Source of the DNA: an uncultured bacterium
GTDB taxonomy: Bacteria; Patescibacteriota; JACMRA01
DNA length: 64,000 bases
Assembly (NCBI GenBank): GCA_963784355.1
Contig: CAWAQU010000012.1
Location: 135,760 to 199,759, forward strand
Direction: 5' to 3'
Each line of letters opens with the position of its first letter. Position 1 is the stretch's first letter. Below are positions 39,303 through 48,385 of the stretch, piece after piece. The translations under genes and the position numbers were made by a program. The notes under the pieces are model-generated. The model did no database searches, was not told the DNA's origin, and worked only from the letters and a program-made list of their open reading frames with translations.

Positions 39303-39896
39303 TTAAACTGCAATAGTGCCTGTTTCCACTTTTCCGGCCCGTTTGTAAGCTGCAATAATCACTCCGGTGGATGTAACGGTGCTATCTATTAATGAAAATG
39401 CTGCCGGAATTGCACCACCATCAAATAACTTTTTTCCCTCACCAAGAGTCACCGGATAAATTTTGAGCCGGAGTTCATCTACTAAATCATTTTTGAGCAA
39501 TAGCTGTATGAGTTCATGGCTACCCCAAACTTGAATATCAGGTCCTTCTGAATTTTTAAGCTTTTGAATATCTGCCAAACTTTCCAGAAATACTGAGTTT
39601 TTCCAATCTGACTTTCTAATGGTTTTGGACATCACGTATTTTGTGCCGCTATTGATACCGGGCCAATAATCTGCATGTTTAGGCCAGTAGTCAGCCCAAA
39701 TCTCAAATGTTTTTCTGCCCAGCAGATAGTCAGTAGGCTTCATTTCCATTTCCACAATTTTACCACCATCTTCATCAAGGTAAGGTTCTACCCAGCCACC
39801 GTATTTGAAATCTCCTGATGTATCTTCTTTTGGACCACCGGGTGCTTGCATTATCCCGTCTAGCGTGATCATTGATAAAACAATTATTTTTCTCAT
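39303..39896 (-). CDS. dihydrofolate reductase family (RibD C-terminal) protein
   Basis: ITLDGIMQAPGGP, LLGRKTFE, VWGSHELIQ, LVDELRLKIYPVTLGEGKKLF. Confidence 0.92.
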   Translation of the reverse strand: MRKIIVLSMITLDGIMQAPGGPKEDTSGDFKYGGWVEPYLDEDGGKIVEMEMKPTDYLLGRKTFEIWADYWPKHADYWPGINSGTKYVMSKTIRKSDWKNSVFLESLADIQKLKNSEGPDIQVWGSHELIQLLLKNDLVDELRLKIYPVTLGEGKKLFDGGAIPAAFSLIDSTVTSTGVIIAAYKRAGKVETGTIAV

Positions 39897-40075
39897 ATTG
39901 ATATATTTAATTATTTAAAAAGCTTTTGTCTTTGATACGTAGACTTAGACCATCAATTCGGCTTGTGTCAATAGGTGCAAAAGTGTGCTATTATTTTGAA
40001 CTAAAATCAATTAATTGACTGGAATCAAATGATAGTAAATAATCATGTTATTATTAATATAACACATCTACAACT

Positions 40076-40423
40076 ATGACAGAAAACACAAATCCGGTTA
40101 GCTTTGAACAATTTAAAAAGTTTTGGGAAGCTACCAAAGAATACGATGCTATTGAAAAAGGTCTTGAGGAAATAACTATATTTACTGAGTGGAGTTTTGT
40201 TCCCGAAATGATTGATACTTTTCTAAATGTAATGGGTGTACCTGAGGATGATGAAGTAAAGGATAAAATTTTTACTATGTGGTATTTAGATTCAGAAGAA
40301 GATAGTTTAGAAGAAGGAGATGAAGAAGTTGGTTCAGCTGATGATACAGATAGCTCAGACAACGTGTCCGTTAACTCAGTTGAGGAGTTGTATGAGGAGA
40401 TATTAAAATTGGTTGTTAAGTAA
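40076..40423 (+). CDS. acidic hypothetical protein
   Basis: 115-aa D/E-rich ORF. Confidence 0.65.
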   Translation: MTENTNPVSFEQFKKFWEATKEYDAIEKGLEEITIFTEWSFVPEMIDTFLNVMGVPEDDEVKDKIFTMWYLDSEEDSLEEGDEEVGSADDTDSSDNVSVNSVEELYEEILKLVVK

Positions 40424-40462
40424 GGTTTGGATTGAATACACTCTAATAAAAAAGCAGGCGGA

Positions 40463-40491
40463 GCAAAACATAATCTTAGATTATGTTAAAT
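40463..40491. other. dif/Xer-like recombination site candidate
   Basis: gcaaaacataa-tcttaga-ttatgttaaat; the right arm is identical to the E. coli XerD arm. Confidence 0.4.
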
Positions 40492-40755
40492 GCATTAACG
40501 CCTGCAACCTATTAGTTATGGAACGAAAATTCGGAATTCCGGACTCCAAACAAATGTTCTGACAGGATCTTCTGGATCAGACCAGAGTTGTATCCGTTCA
40601 AAAATTTATAACATAAATCAAAGTAAATAAATAAGAATTAACTTGGATCCCAACTTGTCGGAATTTCTGATAAGTTCATGTTAAAAACAAATTTTAACTA
40701 GTACGTTAGCTTTTTTAAAACTTCACAATATTCTCACCTCTAAAGCTTTCTCTAG

Positions 40756-41706
40756 TTACAAGTATAACTTTACCAATGTTATATTCAAATCAATAAAGTC
40801 TTTAATAGGTTCGTTGTTCTCATTAGTTAATTGATACTTTTTTGGAATGTCTAAAAAACTTTTATCTGACTGAATAAAAAATGAGAGGAAAGATTTTATT
40901 ACATGATTATAGGCTTGTTCAAAAGTAAGATTTAACTTTTTTGATAAAGATTTACTTAAAGAATGCAGATAGTTACGAAGCATTTTTGTTTCCATATTAT
41001 AAATACCATTATTAATGCATACGGTGCTGTAAAATTGTGGAGGTAATTGGTTTAGTTTTAAGGTCGTAGACTCATCTAAATTGCAATAAATCTTTTCTGT
41101 AATGTATTGCACGCTACCCTCACGAAGATTTTCTGGAATTAACGTTCTAGATAAGTTTTTACCATCCAAATCCATATTTTGCTCTAGGTTAAATAAGTGG
41201 TGCAAAATTTCATGTATAAGTGCACTAAGGTCAATATATGCTTCTTCATAGTTTCTTTGACTGGTGGACACTTCCAAACATGAGCTTACAATTACAATAA
41301 TATTGTTTTGGATTTTGCCATCAATTGCTGTTTGTCCAGAAATGTTTAATTCCCCATTGTCGGTTTTTTTAGGAGGCATTTTGAAATATTGGTAGGTGTG
41401 TAAATCATACAAATCGATATCGACCCCCCAGTCTTTAAAGTAAGCTTTAATTGCTGTAATAGCTGTGTTTACTAAGAAGTGTGGTAATTCAGTCCAGCCT
41501 AATTTTTTAACATATCTGAGCAATTCTTCTTTATCTACAGTTCCGAGAAATTTTTGACCGGCAAGGTGCTCTGACATAGTTTTGTAAATATACTTCTCAA
41601 CTATTGGTGCCACTATATCTTTCCCAATTTCATTTATTTCTATGCCATTTTCGGTAGCGGCTGGGATGTATTTTCTTACTATCTCGTTTCTTGTAATTTG
41701 CTCCAT
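40756..41706 (-). CDS. hypothetical zincin-like metalloprotease
   Basis: ALIHEILHHL (HExxH) plus downstream LREG glutamate. Confidence 0.65.
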   Translation of the reverse strand: MEQITRNEIVRKYIPAATENGIEINEIGKDIVAPIVEKYIYKTMSEHLAGQKFLGTVDKEELLRYVKKLGWTELPHFLVNTAITAIKAYFKDWGVDIDLYDLHTYQYFKMPPKKTDNGELNISGQTAIDGKIQNNIIVIVSSCLEVSTSQRNYEEAYIDLSALIHEILHHLFNLEQNMDLDGKNLSRTLIPENLREGSVQYITEKIYCNLDESTTLKLNQLPPQFYSTVCINNGIYNMETKMLRNYLHSLSKSLSKKLNLTFEQAYNHVIKSFLSFFIQSDKSFLDIPKKYQLTNENNEPIKDFIDLNITLVKLYL

Positions 41707-41925
41707 AATGATGATTTATATTATATTGTTCACTTAAAAAGGTAAATAAAATTAAAGCTAAATTCTTTGTCTAAAAGTCACCTTCAGCTTTTCGCCATTG
41801 GTGCTTTATTTCAGTATAGATAGCCTAATTTTGAGCGCTTGTCAAAGCTAATAAGATAGACGATTATAAAAAATATTGACTGAAAGTTAACCATTATCAA
41901 AGATACTGATCACTAAATAAGATTT

Positions 41926-42603
41926 ATGTGTTGTCGCTTTGCTATTATCCCTGACAACATGAAAGCTAGATATAAACTAGAAGGAGAATTAATTGAGTTA
42001 ATACCAAATTACAACGCTGCGCCTGGTCAAAACTTGCCTTTAGTTGTACGAATTGAAAGAGAAAATAACTTAGATATAATGAGATGGGGTTTAGTTCCAC
42101 ACTGGAGCAAAGATGACAAGATAGAATATAAAATGATAAATGCTAGAAGTGAGACATTGCTAGAGAAAGCTTCTTTTAAGCATCCTTTTAAAAGCAAAAG
42201 ATGCCTGGTACCTATCTCAGGATTTTACGAGTGGAAGAGATTAGATGAAAAACATAAAATACCTTACTTTATACATCTTAAAGACGAATCAATATTATCT
42301 CTTGCTGGAATCTATGACTACTGGACTGAGCCAGTAACAAATCAAACTCTGACTACTTTTAGTATTATAACCGCTGAAGCAAATAAAGACATGCAAAGCT
42401 TACACGATAGAATGCCTGTAATTATAAACCCTAAAAATGAAGAGAAATATTTAGAAGCAGATGTTGAAACTGCTTATAGCCTCCTTAAGCCCAGTGACGA
42501 GAAACTAGATATTTATGAAGTTAGCAGGTTAGTAAATAGTCCGCAAAATAATAATGAAGAACTATTAAAACAAAGTAGTTATAAGATAATATGTTGGGAT
42601 TGA
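41926..42603 (+). CDS. SRAP (SOS response-associated peptidase, YedK/HMCES) abasic-site protein
   Basis: MCCRF N-terminus, YNAAPGQ, MRWGLVPHW, INARSET, GFYEW, HDRMPVI. Confidence 0.95.
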   Translation: MCCRFAIIPDNMKARYKLEGELIELIPNYNAAPGQNLPLVVRIERENNLDIMRWGLVPHWSKDDKIEYKMINARSETLLEKASFKHPFKSKRCLVPISGFYEWKRLDEKHKIPYFIHLKDESILSLAGIYDYWTEPVTNQTLTTFSIITAEANKDMQSLHDRMPVIINPKNEEKYLEADVETAYSLLKPSDEKLDIYEVSRLVNSPQNNNEELLKQSSYKIICWD

Positions 42604-42649
42604 GTTTCAAACTCTCTTAACCATTTAACAGTTAGAAAGGAGAGAAATA

Positions 42650-43063
42650 ATGGGAATACCAATTATTGTCATCAAAGATGGAGCTATCATAACGATAACC
42701 CCTAATGTTACACTTCAATATAACTTCCAAGAGGGACAAACTGTCATCAGTCTTAAAGATCGGTTTTACCCTTTTTTTAAGAGCACAAATGTATTTGCTA
42801 CTATATTCTGGCACACAGATGAATTCAAAGATCTATTTTCAATTCATCAGATTATGCTTCCATTTTCTCTTGGTAATCCTAAAAACTACGAAATTGTTAA
42901 GTTTGTGTTTGATAAAGGGGTTAAAGTTCAAGTTCAAGCATCGCTTTTTTCTGGAGCTGCAATCTTTATAGACAATGGAAACGAATGGAGATATTTTCCT
43001 GAGATCTCCGTTGAAAGCGTAATTTGGGCACAAAAACAAGGAATTTTGATTGACTCAGATTAA
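42650..43063 (+). CDS. hypothetical protein
   Basis: 137-aa ORF with a clear AAGGAG RBS and a downstream terminator. Confidence 0.7.
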   Translation: MGIPIIVIKDGAIITITPNVTLQYNFQEGQTVISLKDRFYPFFKSTNVFATIFWHTDEFKDLFSIHQIMLPFSLGNPKNYEIVKFVFDKGVKVQVQASLFSGAAIFIDNGNEWRYFPEISVESVIWAQKQGILIDSD

Positions 43064-43082
43064 AATTCTCTTTTCTAACTTT

Positions 43083-43121
43083 ATGACCTTTGGATTTATA
43101 TTCGAGGGTCATTTTTCTTTT
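43083..43121 (+). terminator. intrinsic terminator
   Basis: atgacctttgga-tttata-ttcgagggtcat followed by ttttctttt. Confidence 0.7.
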
Positions 43122-43370
43122 TAGTTTAGGGGTTATGATTTAGAAAAATGTATTGTTGATAAACTATTTATTGCTCCTTCCATCTTTTTTCCATTATTTC
43201 CACCCTAAAAGTGGAATTTTTGTTTATATTACCGGTACCTCGTTTCTTAATATGCAAGTCTGTTATGTACAACTTGCTCTAATTTCAACATGGATTCTTA
43301 ACTCGAATAAATTTATTGCACTTATTTAATATTTATGCTATTGTAAAAAGAGTGATTGAGGAAGTACAAA

Positions 43371-43496
43371 ATGTTAAATCATGACACAGACCAAGATGAG
43401 ACTACGGTTTTTGAAACTGTAAAAAATCTGCTTTATGCTGCTCTTTACATTTGTATTATCATAATCATTTTAATATTCTCCTTATTTTTTATATAA
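43371..43496 (+). CDS. 41-aa single-TM small protein
   Basis: MLNHDTDQDETTVFETVKNLLYAALYICIIIIILIFSLFFI; GAGG RBS, upstream TTGCAC-17-TATTGT, terminator at 43518-43548. Confidence 0.5.
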   Translation: MLNHDTDQDETTVFETVKNLLYAALYICIIIIILIFSLFFI

Positions 43497-43517
43497 TAAG
43501 TTGAGATTATCAAATTC

Positions 43518-43548
43518 ATCCCATTGATTTATTTTCAGTGGGATTTTT
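43518..43548 (+). terminator. intrinsic terminator
   Basis: atcccattga-tttattt-tcagtgggat-tttt. Confidence 0.65.
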
Positions 43549-43652
43549 AATAAGTAAGTTATAAATGTAGCAGTTTCAAAGCATGTAGCTAAGAAAACCT
43601 TAATGTGAAAATTTATTGACTAAAACAAACATTTTGAACGTAACTAACAATT

Positions 43653-44801
43653 ATGATTCAATTAATAGTAATTTTAATCACTCTTATTGGTTTAGCCATT
43701 ATTGTAGATAACTTTTTAGTCCCGGCTGTTTACAGGTTTAAGGATATTTTTAATTGGACTGATGATCAAACAGGTACTATCATATCTTTTGTTTCTTCTG
43801 CTCCTGAGCTGTCTGTTTCAGCTGTAGCTTTATTTTTAGCGGCAAGTAGTGGGGATGCAAATCAAGCTTCAATAGGTCCGGGTACAGTAATTGGATCGGC
43901 ACTATTTTCCATATTATTTATTGTAGGAGCTTCTGCCTGGTTTAATACCAAAAAATTATCTTGGCCTTCGGTAATCAGAGATATGGTGTATTACGTGATC
44001 TCGGTAGGTGTGGTATATTTAGTAGTATATGATTCTCAGATTCAACCTTGGGAACCCTTTATTTTATTGGGTATTTTTGCATTTTATTCATATCTTGTAT
44101 CACAATGGAAAAAAATACTTCGCTGGATAGATGATCATATTGATTCAACAGTAATAAATGAAGAAGCTGAAATTGCCAAGGAATTGAATAAAGAACTTGC
44201 AACTGAAGAAGAGCAAAAATTATCTATTAGAGAACAGCCTTTTACTACCAAAAACTTCCTTAAAAAAATATTGAGCTATTTGTTTTTTGATTTATACTCA
44301 AGTCAGAATAAAAAGAGTTTGGTCAAAATCAGCTGGAATATTATACTTTCCGTAGCTTTTGTTATCTTTTTTAGTACCTTGATGGTAAATAATGCAGAGA
44401 GTTTTGCGAGACTTTTGGGGATTTCACCCGTTATTATTAGTTTAACCATATTGGCAGCTGGTACTTCAGTTCCTGACTTACTGGCAAGTGTAAAAACGGC
44501 AAGAGAAGGTTTTGGGGACACTGCTATTGCTAATGCAGTAGGGAGTAACATTTTTGATATTTTAGCTAATTTAGGGCTTACTTGGTCAATAGGCATTATA
44601 ATCAGTAAAGGAAAAAATCTACCTGTTGATACAAATAATTTAAATTCTTCCATTGTTTTATTGCTAGCTGCCACAATCTCTCTGGTTTTGGTCATGATTG
44701 CCAAAAAGTTTAATTTAGGTAGGGTTGTAAGCGTGGTTTTAATGCTTAGTTACATTCTTTATGTGATTTATCAAGTATTGCTGGCTACAGGAAAGGTCTA
44801 A
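43653..44801 (+). CDS. calcium/sodium antiporter (CaCA family)
   Basis: Alpha repeats SSAPEL...GTVIGSALF and AAGTSVPD...ANAVGSNIFD. Confidence 0.93.
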   Translation: MIQLIVILITLIGLAIIVDNFLVPAVYRFKDIFNWTDDQTGTIISFVSSAPELSVSAVALFLAASSGDANQASIGPGTVIGSALFSILFIVGASAWFNTKKLSWPSVIRDMVYYVISVGVVYLVVYDSQIQPWEPFILLGIFAFYSYLVSQWKKILRWIDDHIDSTVINEEAEIAKELNKELATEEEQKLSIREQPFTTKNFLKKILSYLFFDLYSSQNKKSLVKISWNIILSVAFVIFFSTLMVNNAESFARLLGISPVIISLTILAAGTSVPDLLASVKTAREGFGDTAIANAVGSNIFDILANLGLTWSIGIIISKGKNLPVDTNNLNSSIVLLLAATISLVLVMIAKKFNLGRVVSVVLMLSYILYVIYQVLLATGKV

Positions 44802-44887
44802 ATGCTGCTTTGTATATAAATTGATATCGCAATAAGTCTCTTCACAAAGTTTGACAATTTCAAGATATTTTAGCTTAACTCTAATTA

Positions 44888-45625
44888 ATGTCCAATCTGC
44901 CTCAAGTTATCATTTTATACGGTCCACCTGCTGCTGGAAAAGGTACTCAAGCCCTGAGATTAAAAGAAATGCTTCCGGAAGACTATTATCATCTTGATTT
45001 TGGTACGGAACTTAGAAAATTTGTATCTGATTATTTGGGTGACTATAATAGCGATAAAGAAATAGTAAAAGAGGGGGCTGACCCTGAGAGTTTGGAAGTA
45101 GCCAGAAGAATGAAAGAGGATTTACCAAAAGGACCTGCTAGAACTGAAGACTTGAAATTTGTAGTTGAAAAAGCTTTTATAGAAAATATTTCTGCAGGTA
45201 AAAGTATGCTTGTAGAAGGACCCGGGAGATTGGTGGAGGAAGCAATTTGGCTGTCAGAATTTTTTGCAAAACATAACGTTTCAATTGCTATTTTCCATTT
45301 ACATCTAGATGTCGAAGCGGTAGTTGCTAGGGCTGTTCATAGGTTTTATATTCCTAGTAGTAAAAAACCTTTTGCATCATATGTAGAGGCCAAAGCAGAG
45401 GCTAAAGAAGGTGAGGAGCCTTATCAAAGAAAAGATGATTTAGATGTTGAGACTATTAGAGCAAGATTTAAAAGCTTATATACGGATCACTTTGCTAAAA
45501 TAATTAGTATTTATCAGCTTAATGCAAAAGCAATAGTTTTGACTCTAGATGCAGCTAAGCCTGTGAACGAGGTAACACAGGATATAAATACGTATTTGGA
45601 TGAATTTTTTGATTATAGAGGCTAG
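44888..45625 (+). CDS. adk: adenylate kinase / nucleoside monophosphate kinase
   Basis: ILYGPPAAGKGTQA, VEGPGR (DGFPR-like), YQRKDD...RARF. Confidence 0.8.
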   Translation: MSNLPQVIILYGPPAAGKGTQALRLKEMLPEDYYHLDFGTELRKFVSDYLGDYNSDKEIVKEGADPESLEVARRMKEDLPKGPARTEDLKFVVEKAFIENISAGKSMLVEGPGRLVEEAIWLSEFFAKHNVSIAIFHLHLDVEAVVARAVHRFYIPSSKKPFASYVEAKAEAKEGEEPYQRKDDLDVETIRARFKSLYTDHFAKIISIYQLNAKAIVLTLDAAKPVNEVTQDINTYLDEFFDYRG

Positions 45626-45681
45626 TTTTTCAAACAGCATTTTCTTGTAAACTTTTAAGTTTTACTCAAATCTAAGACAAA

Positions 45682-45708
45682 ACCTGCTTTTTACGGCAGG
45701 TAGTTTTT
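45682..45708. terminator. terminator between convergent adk and sod
   Basis: acctgct-tttta-cggcaggt, flanked by an A-run and agttttt. Confidence 0.6.
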
Positions 45709-45761
45709 AATGTGACTTGAATTACTAAAATTCAGATTCAAAGCTTGCTTTGATTAGTTTA

Positions 45762-46376
45762 TTACTTAGCTATAGCTTCATTGTATTTTTTGCTAACCAT
45801 ATCCCAATTGATCACGTTCCAAAATGCATTCATATAGTCAGGGCGTCTGTTTTGGTAATTCAAATAATAAGCGTGCTCCCAAACATCCATAGTTAGGATA
45901 GGGGTTTTGCCGTGCATTATTGGAGAGTCAGCATTTGCAGTTTTTTCTGCTACTAAATTACCGTCTTTATCTACGCTAAGCCAAGCCCAGCCGCTTCCAA
46001 ATTGTGTAGCTCCAAGATTGTTAAATTCTTGTTTAAAATTCTCAAAACTTCCAAAGGTTGAATTGATTTTTTCAGCTAATTCTCCTGTGGGCTCTCCACC
46101 TGCATTAGGTCCCATGCTTTCCCAGTAAACGTTGTGATTGTAAACTTGACCTCCATTGTTAATTACAGCTGATTTAATTTTTTCAGGCAGTACATCAACA
46201 CTTTTTAGTAAATCTTCAATGTTTAGAGCTAAAAGGTCATCATATTCAGTCAAAATCTCGTTTAGCTTGGTGACATAAGTCTGGTGATGCTTGTCATGGT
46301 GAAATTTAAGAGTATCAGCTCCAATATAGGGTTCTAGAGCTGTGTAATCGTAAGGTAGTGGCATTAATGTATACAT
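45762..46376 (-). CDS. sodA: superoxide dismutase (Mn/Fe)
   Basis: LPYDYTALEPYI, HHDKHHQTYV, NNGGQVYNH, FGSGWAWL, DVWEHAYY. Confidence 0.96.
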   Translation of the reverse strand: MYTLMPLPYDYTALEPYIGADTLKFHHDKHHQTYVTKLNEILTEYDDLLALNIEDLLKSVDVLPEKIKSAVINNGGQVYNHNVYWESMGPNAGGEPTGELAEKINSTFGSFENFKQEFNNLGATQFGSGWAWLSVDKDGNLVAEKTANADSPIMHGKTPILTMDVWEHAYYLNYQNRRPDYMNAFWNVINWDMVSKKYNEAIAK

Positions 46377-46501
46377 AAAATAGAATGTCTTGGTTGTTAT
46401 TTATTAACCTCTTTCCGTATTAAACTTGTTGGTCTAATTTAGAATGGATATAAACAAATAGTTGCAGAGTAATCAAAGTGTGTCAACTTTGGTGGGGAAA
46501 C

Positions 46502-47629
46502 TTAGTTCTCTTTGAGATAAGTAATATATTCTGGCTCATCCAAAAATCTATTTATAACAATAAAGATGTAGTAATATAAATTTTCTAAATATTCACGTAT
46601 CAATTTATCATTTCTCTTAAGCTTTGAAAAATTGCCATGAGCAATATCACACCTAATATTATAAATTTCTTTTAAATCTTCATTTAATTTTTTTAAATCA
46701 GTGTCTTTTGAGTAATCATGAATTAATATAGATAATTTTAATTTAAATTGTTTTGAAATTGATTCTTCAACATTAAATCTATTATAATCAGGGTTGTGGG
46801 TTAGTAGCATCTCAATAACACTAACCATACTTATAAATTGTATTTTATAGTCAGTGTTCCTGATATTATGTAGTAATTCACAAATATATAAAATTAATTC
46901 CCTGTCTTTTGTCTGTAAAATTTGTTTAAGTTTTGGTTTAAATGAGTTTAAATTTTTTATAAATAATTCAAAATCAAGGTGTATTGGCACTGTGTCACCT
47001 TCTATTATATTCGAACCTTCCATCCAGAGGAATAAGGTGTCTAGACTAATCTCATTCCTAGTACCAACTAAATTAGCAGATATATTCTTGAAAAACATTC
47101 TTGAGTTTGTTCTAAATAGCTCATAATGTGGTTTAGTGTGTGTTTTCAAATTAAAATAAAGGCATAATAAAGCTGTAAATTCAAAATATTCTTGAGCTTT
47201 AGCTATTGCTGGTACCAAAGTACGGTGAGTATAACTAGTTGTATCTATTGTATTTTCTAGTTCACTTTTTTGATCATATTGTTCATGTTTCTTGACGTTA
47301 ATCCTTAAAATAACCCACAACTTCCCTATTTTAGCTAAAGTAGTCTTCAAATCACCAGTCTCATTTTTAAAATTTAAATTCTGTTTATAATAAAACTTGT
47401 TCCATAGATAAAAACTTTGTTCTAATTGCTTTATATATGACTGTGATTGAATTTTATCAGAAATTTTAAGCAAGTACGCATCGCAATCGTTCAATAATAA
47501 TGTTACGATATAGTCTATCTCATCGTCAGTCCTAGGGTTATCTAAAACGTAGTCTAAGTCTTCTGAAAGTGTTAAGCTTTTATCTAATGGATAAATAAAA
47601 TTTGTTAGAATAAAAGGTGAGTTTTCCAT
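46502..47629 (-). CDS. ApeA-like HEPN domain protein (putative RNase)
   Basis: C-terminal QFISMVSVIEMLL...LKEIYNIRCDIAHGN (RxxxxH). Confidence 0.8.
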   Translation of the reverse strand: MENSPFILTNFIYPLDKSLTLSEDLDYVLDNPRTDDEIDYIVTLLLNDCDAYLLKISDKIQSQSYIKQLEQSFYLWNKFYYKQNLNFKNETGDLKTTLAKIGKLWVILRINVKKHEQYDQKSELENTIDTTSYTHRTLVPAIAKAQEYFEFTALLCLYFNLKTHTKPHYELFRTNSRMFFKNISANLVGTRNEISLDTLFLWMEGSNIIEGDTVPIHLDFELFIKNLNSFKPKLKQILQTKDRELILYICELLHNIRNTDYKIQFISMVSVIEMLLTHNPDYNRFNVEESISKQFKLKLSILIHDYSKDTDLKKLNEDLKEIYNIRCDIAHGNFSKLKRNDKLIREYLENLYYYIFIVINRFLDEPEYITYLKEN

Positions 47630-47650
47630 TACAATTAAAAGTAGTTAATT

Positions 47651-47824
47651 AGCTAAATGTAGTTTACAGTCAGTATCTGGTAAAAAAATTACAAACTCTA
47701 ATTACTTATGTAAAATTTACTGAGCATTATTTTACAAGCTACTCCACACTTGATCCATTCATAGTGGTGTGCTGTTTTTCCCTTCAGCTCGGGTTGATAC
47801 TCGCCCTATAAACTACATTTAACT
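47651..47824 (-). ncRNA. candidate structured RNA downstream of the DIP1984-family gene
   Basis: 19-bp closing helix agttaaatgtagtttatag / ctgtaaactacatttagct (2 G-U pairs on the minus-strand RNA), plus internal helices. Confidence 0.65.
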
Positions 47825-47826
47825 GA

Positions 47827-48282
47827 CTAAATAAGGTCAGTAGTCCAATTTAACGATTGAATTTTAGCTTCCAGTTCTCGTCTTTTTTTACTTAAATTAT
47901 CTAGCGATTTTCTATACTCAGGTACATCAACACTTGGGAAAATGCGTATTTCTGTTTTAGTGTAAGGCTGGACTAAGTTTGATGCTTTTTCTAAAAACTG
48001 CCTAAGAATTTTTATTTCCGCGTCTGCAACATCTCTTTCTACAATAAGCTCAGAAAGTGATTTACCACTCTCATCTTTACTAATTGTATTGGCAAAATTA
48101 ATCTTCTGCACTAAATCTTGATATTCAGTCAATATTTTTCGCAATTTACTAAATAATTCCTCTGGTTTTTCTGCCAAAATACCATTTTCTTGAATTTGAG
48201 CATTTGCTTGTAGCCGATACTCAAGTTGAGCAATATTTTTTTGTAAGTCTGCTCGAATAATTAAAGCTTCAGATAATTTCAT
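47827..48282 (-). CDS. DIP1984-family protein
   Basis: MKLSEALIIRADLQK...NAQIQE...KINFAN...LSELIVERD...YTKTEI...IQSLNWTTDL. Confidence 0.88.
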   Translation of the reverse strand: MKLSEALIIRADLQKNIAQLEYRLQANAQIQENGILAEKPEELFSKLRKILTEYQDLVQKINFANTISKDESGKSLSELIVERDVADAEIKILRQFLEKASNLVQPYTKTEIRIFPSVDVPEYRKSLDNLSKKRRELEAKIQSLNWTTDLI

Positions 48283-48385
48283 ATAAAATTTTATAGATGT
48301 ATATAAGGCTAATTTACTTTAGTGTGTCAAATTTATGTTGAGGTAAAAGTTGATATAAAAAATATTTGAAATGTGTAGTTTTGTC

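Noticed and set aside
41770-41845. Possible riboswitch hairpin (CACC...GGUG) in the leader of the zincin gene
   Set aside because: Short stem that matches no riboswitch consensus I can recognise.
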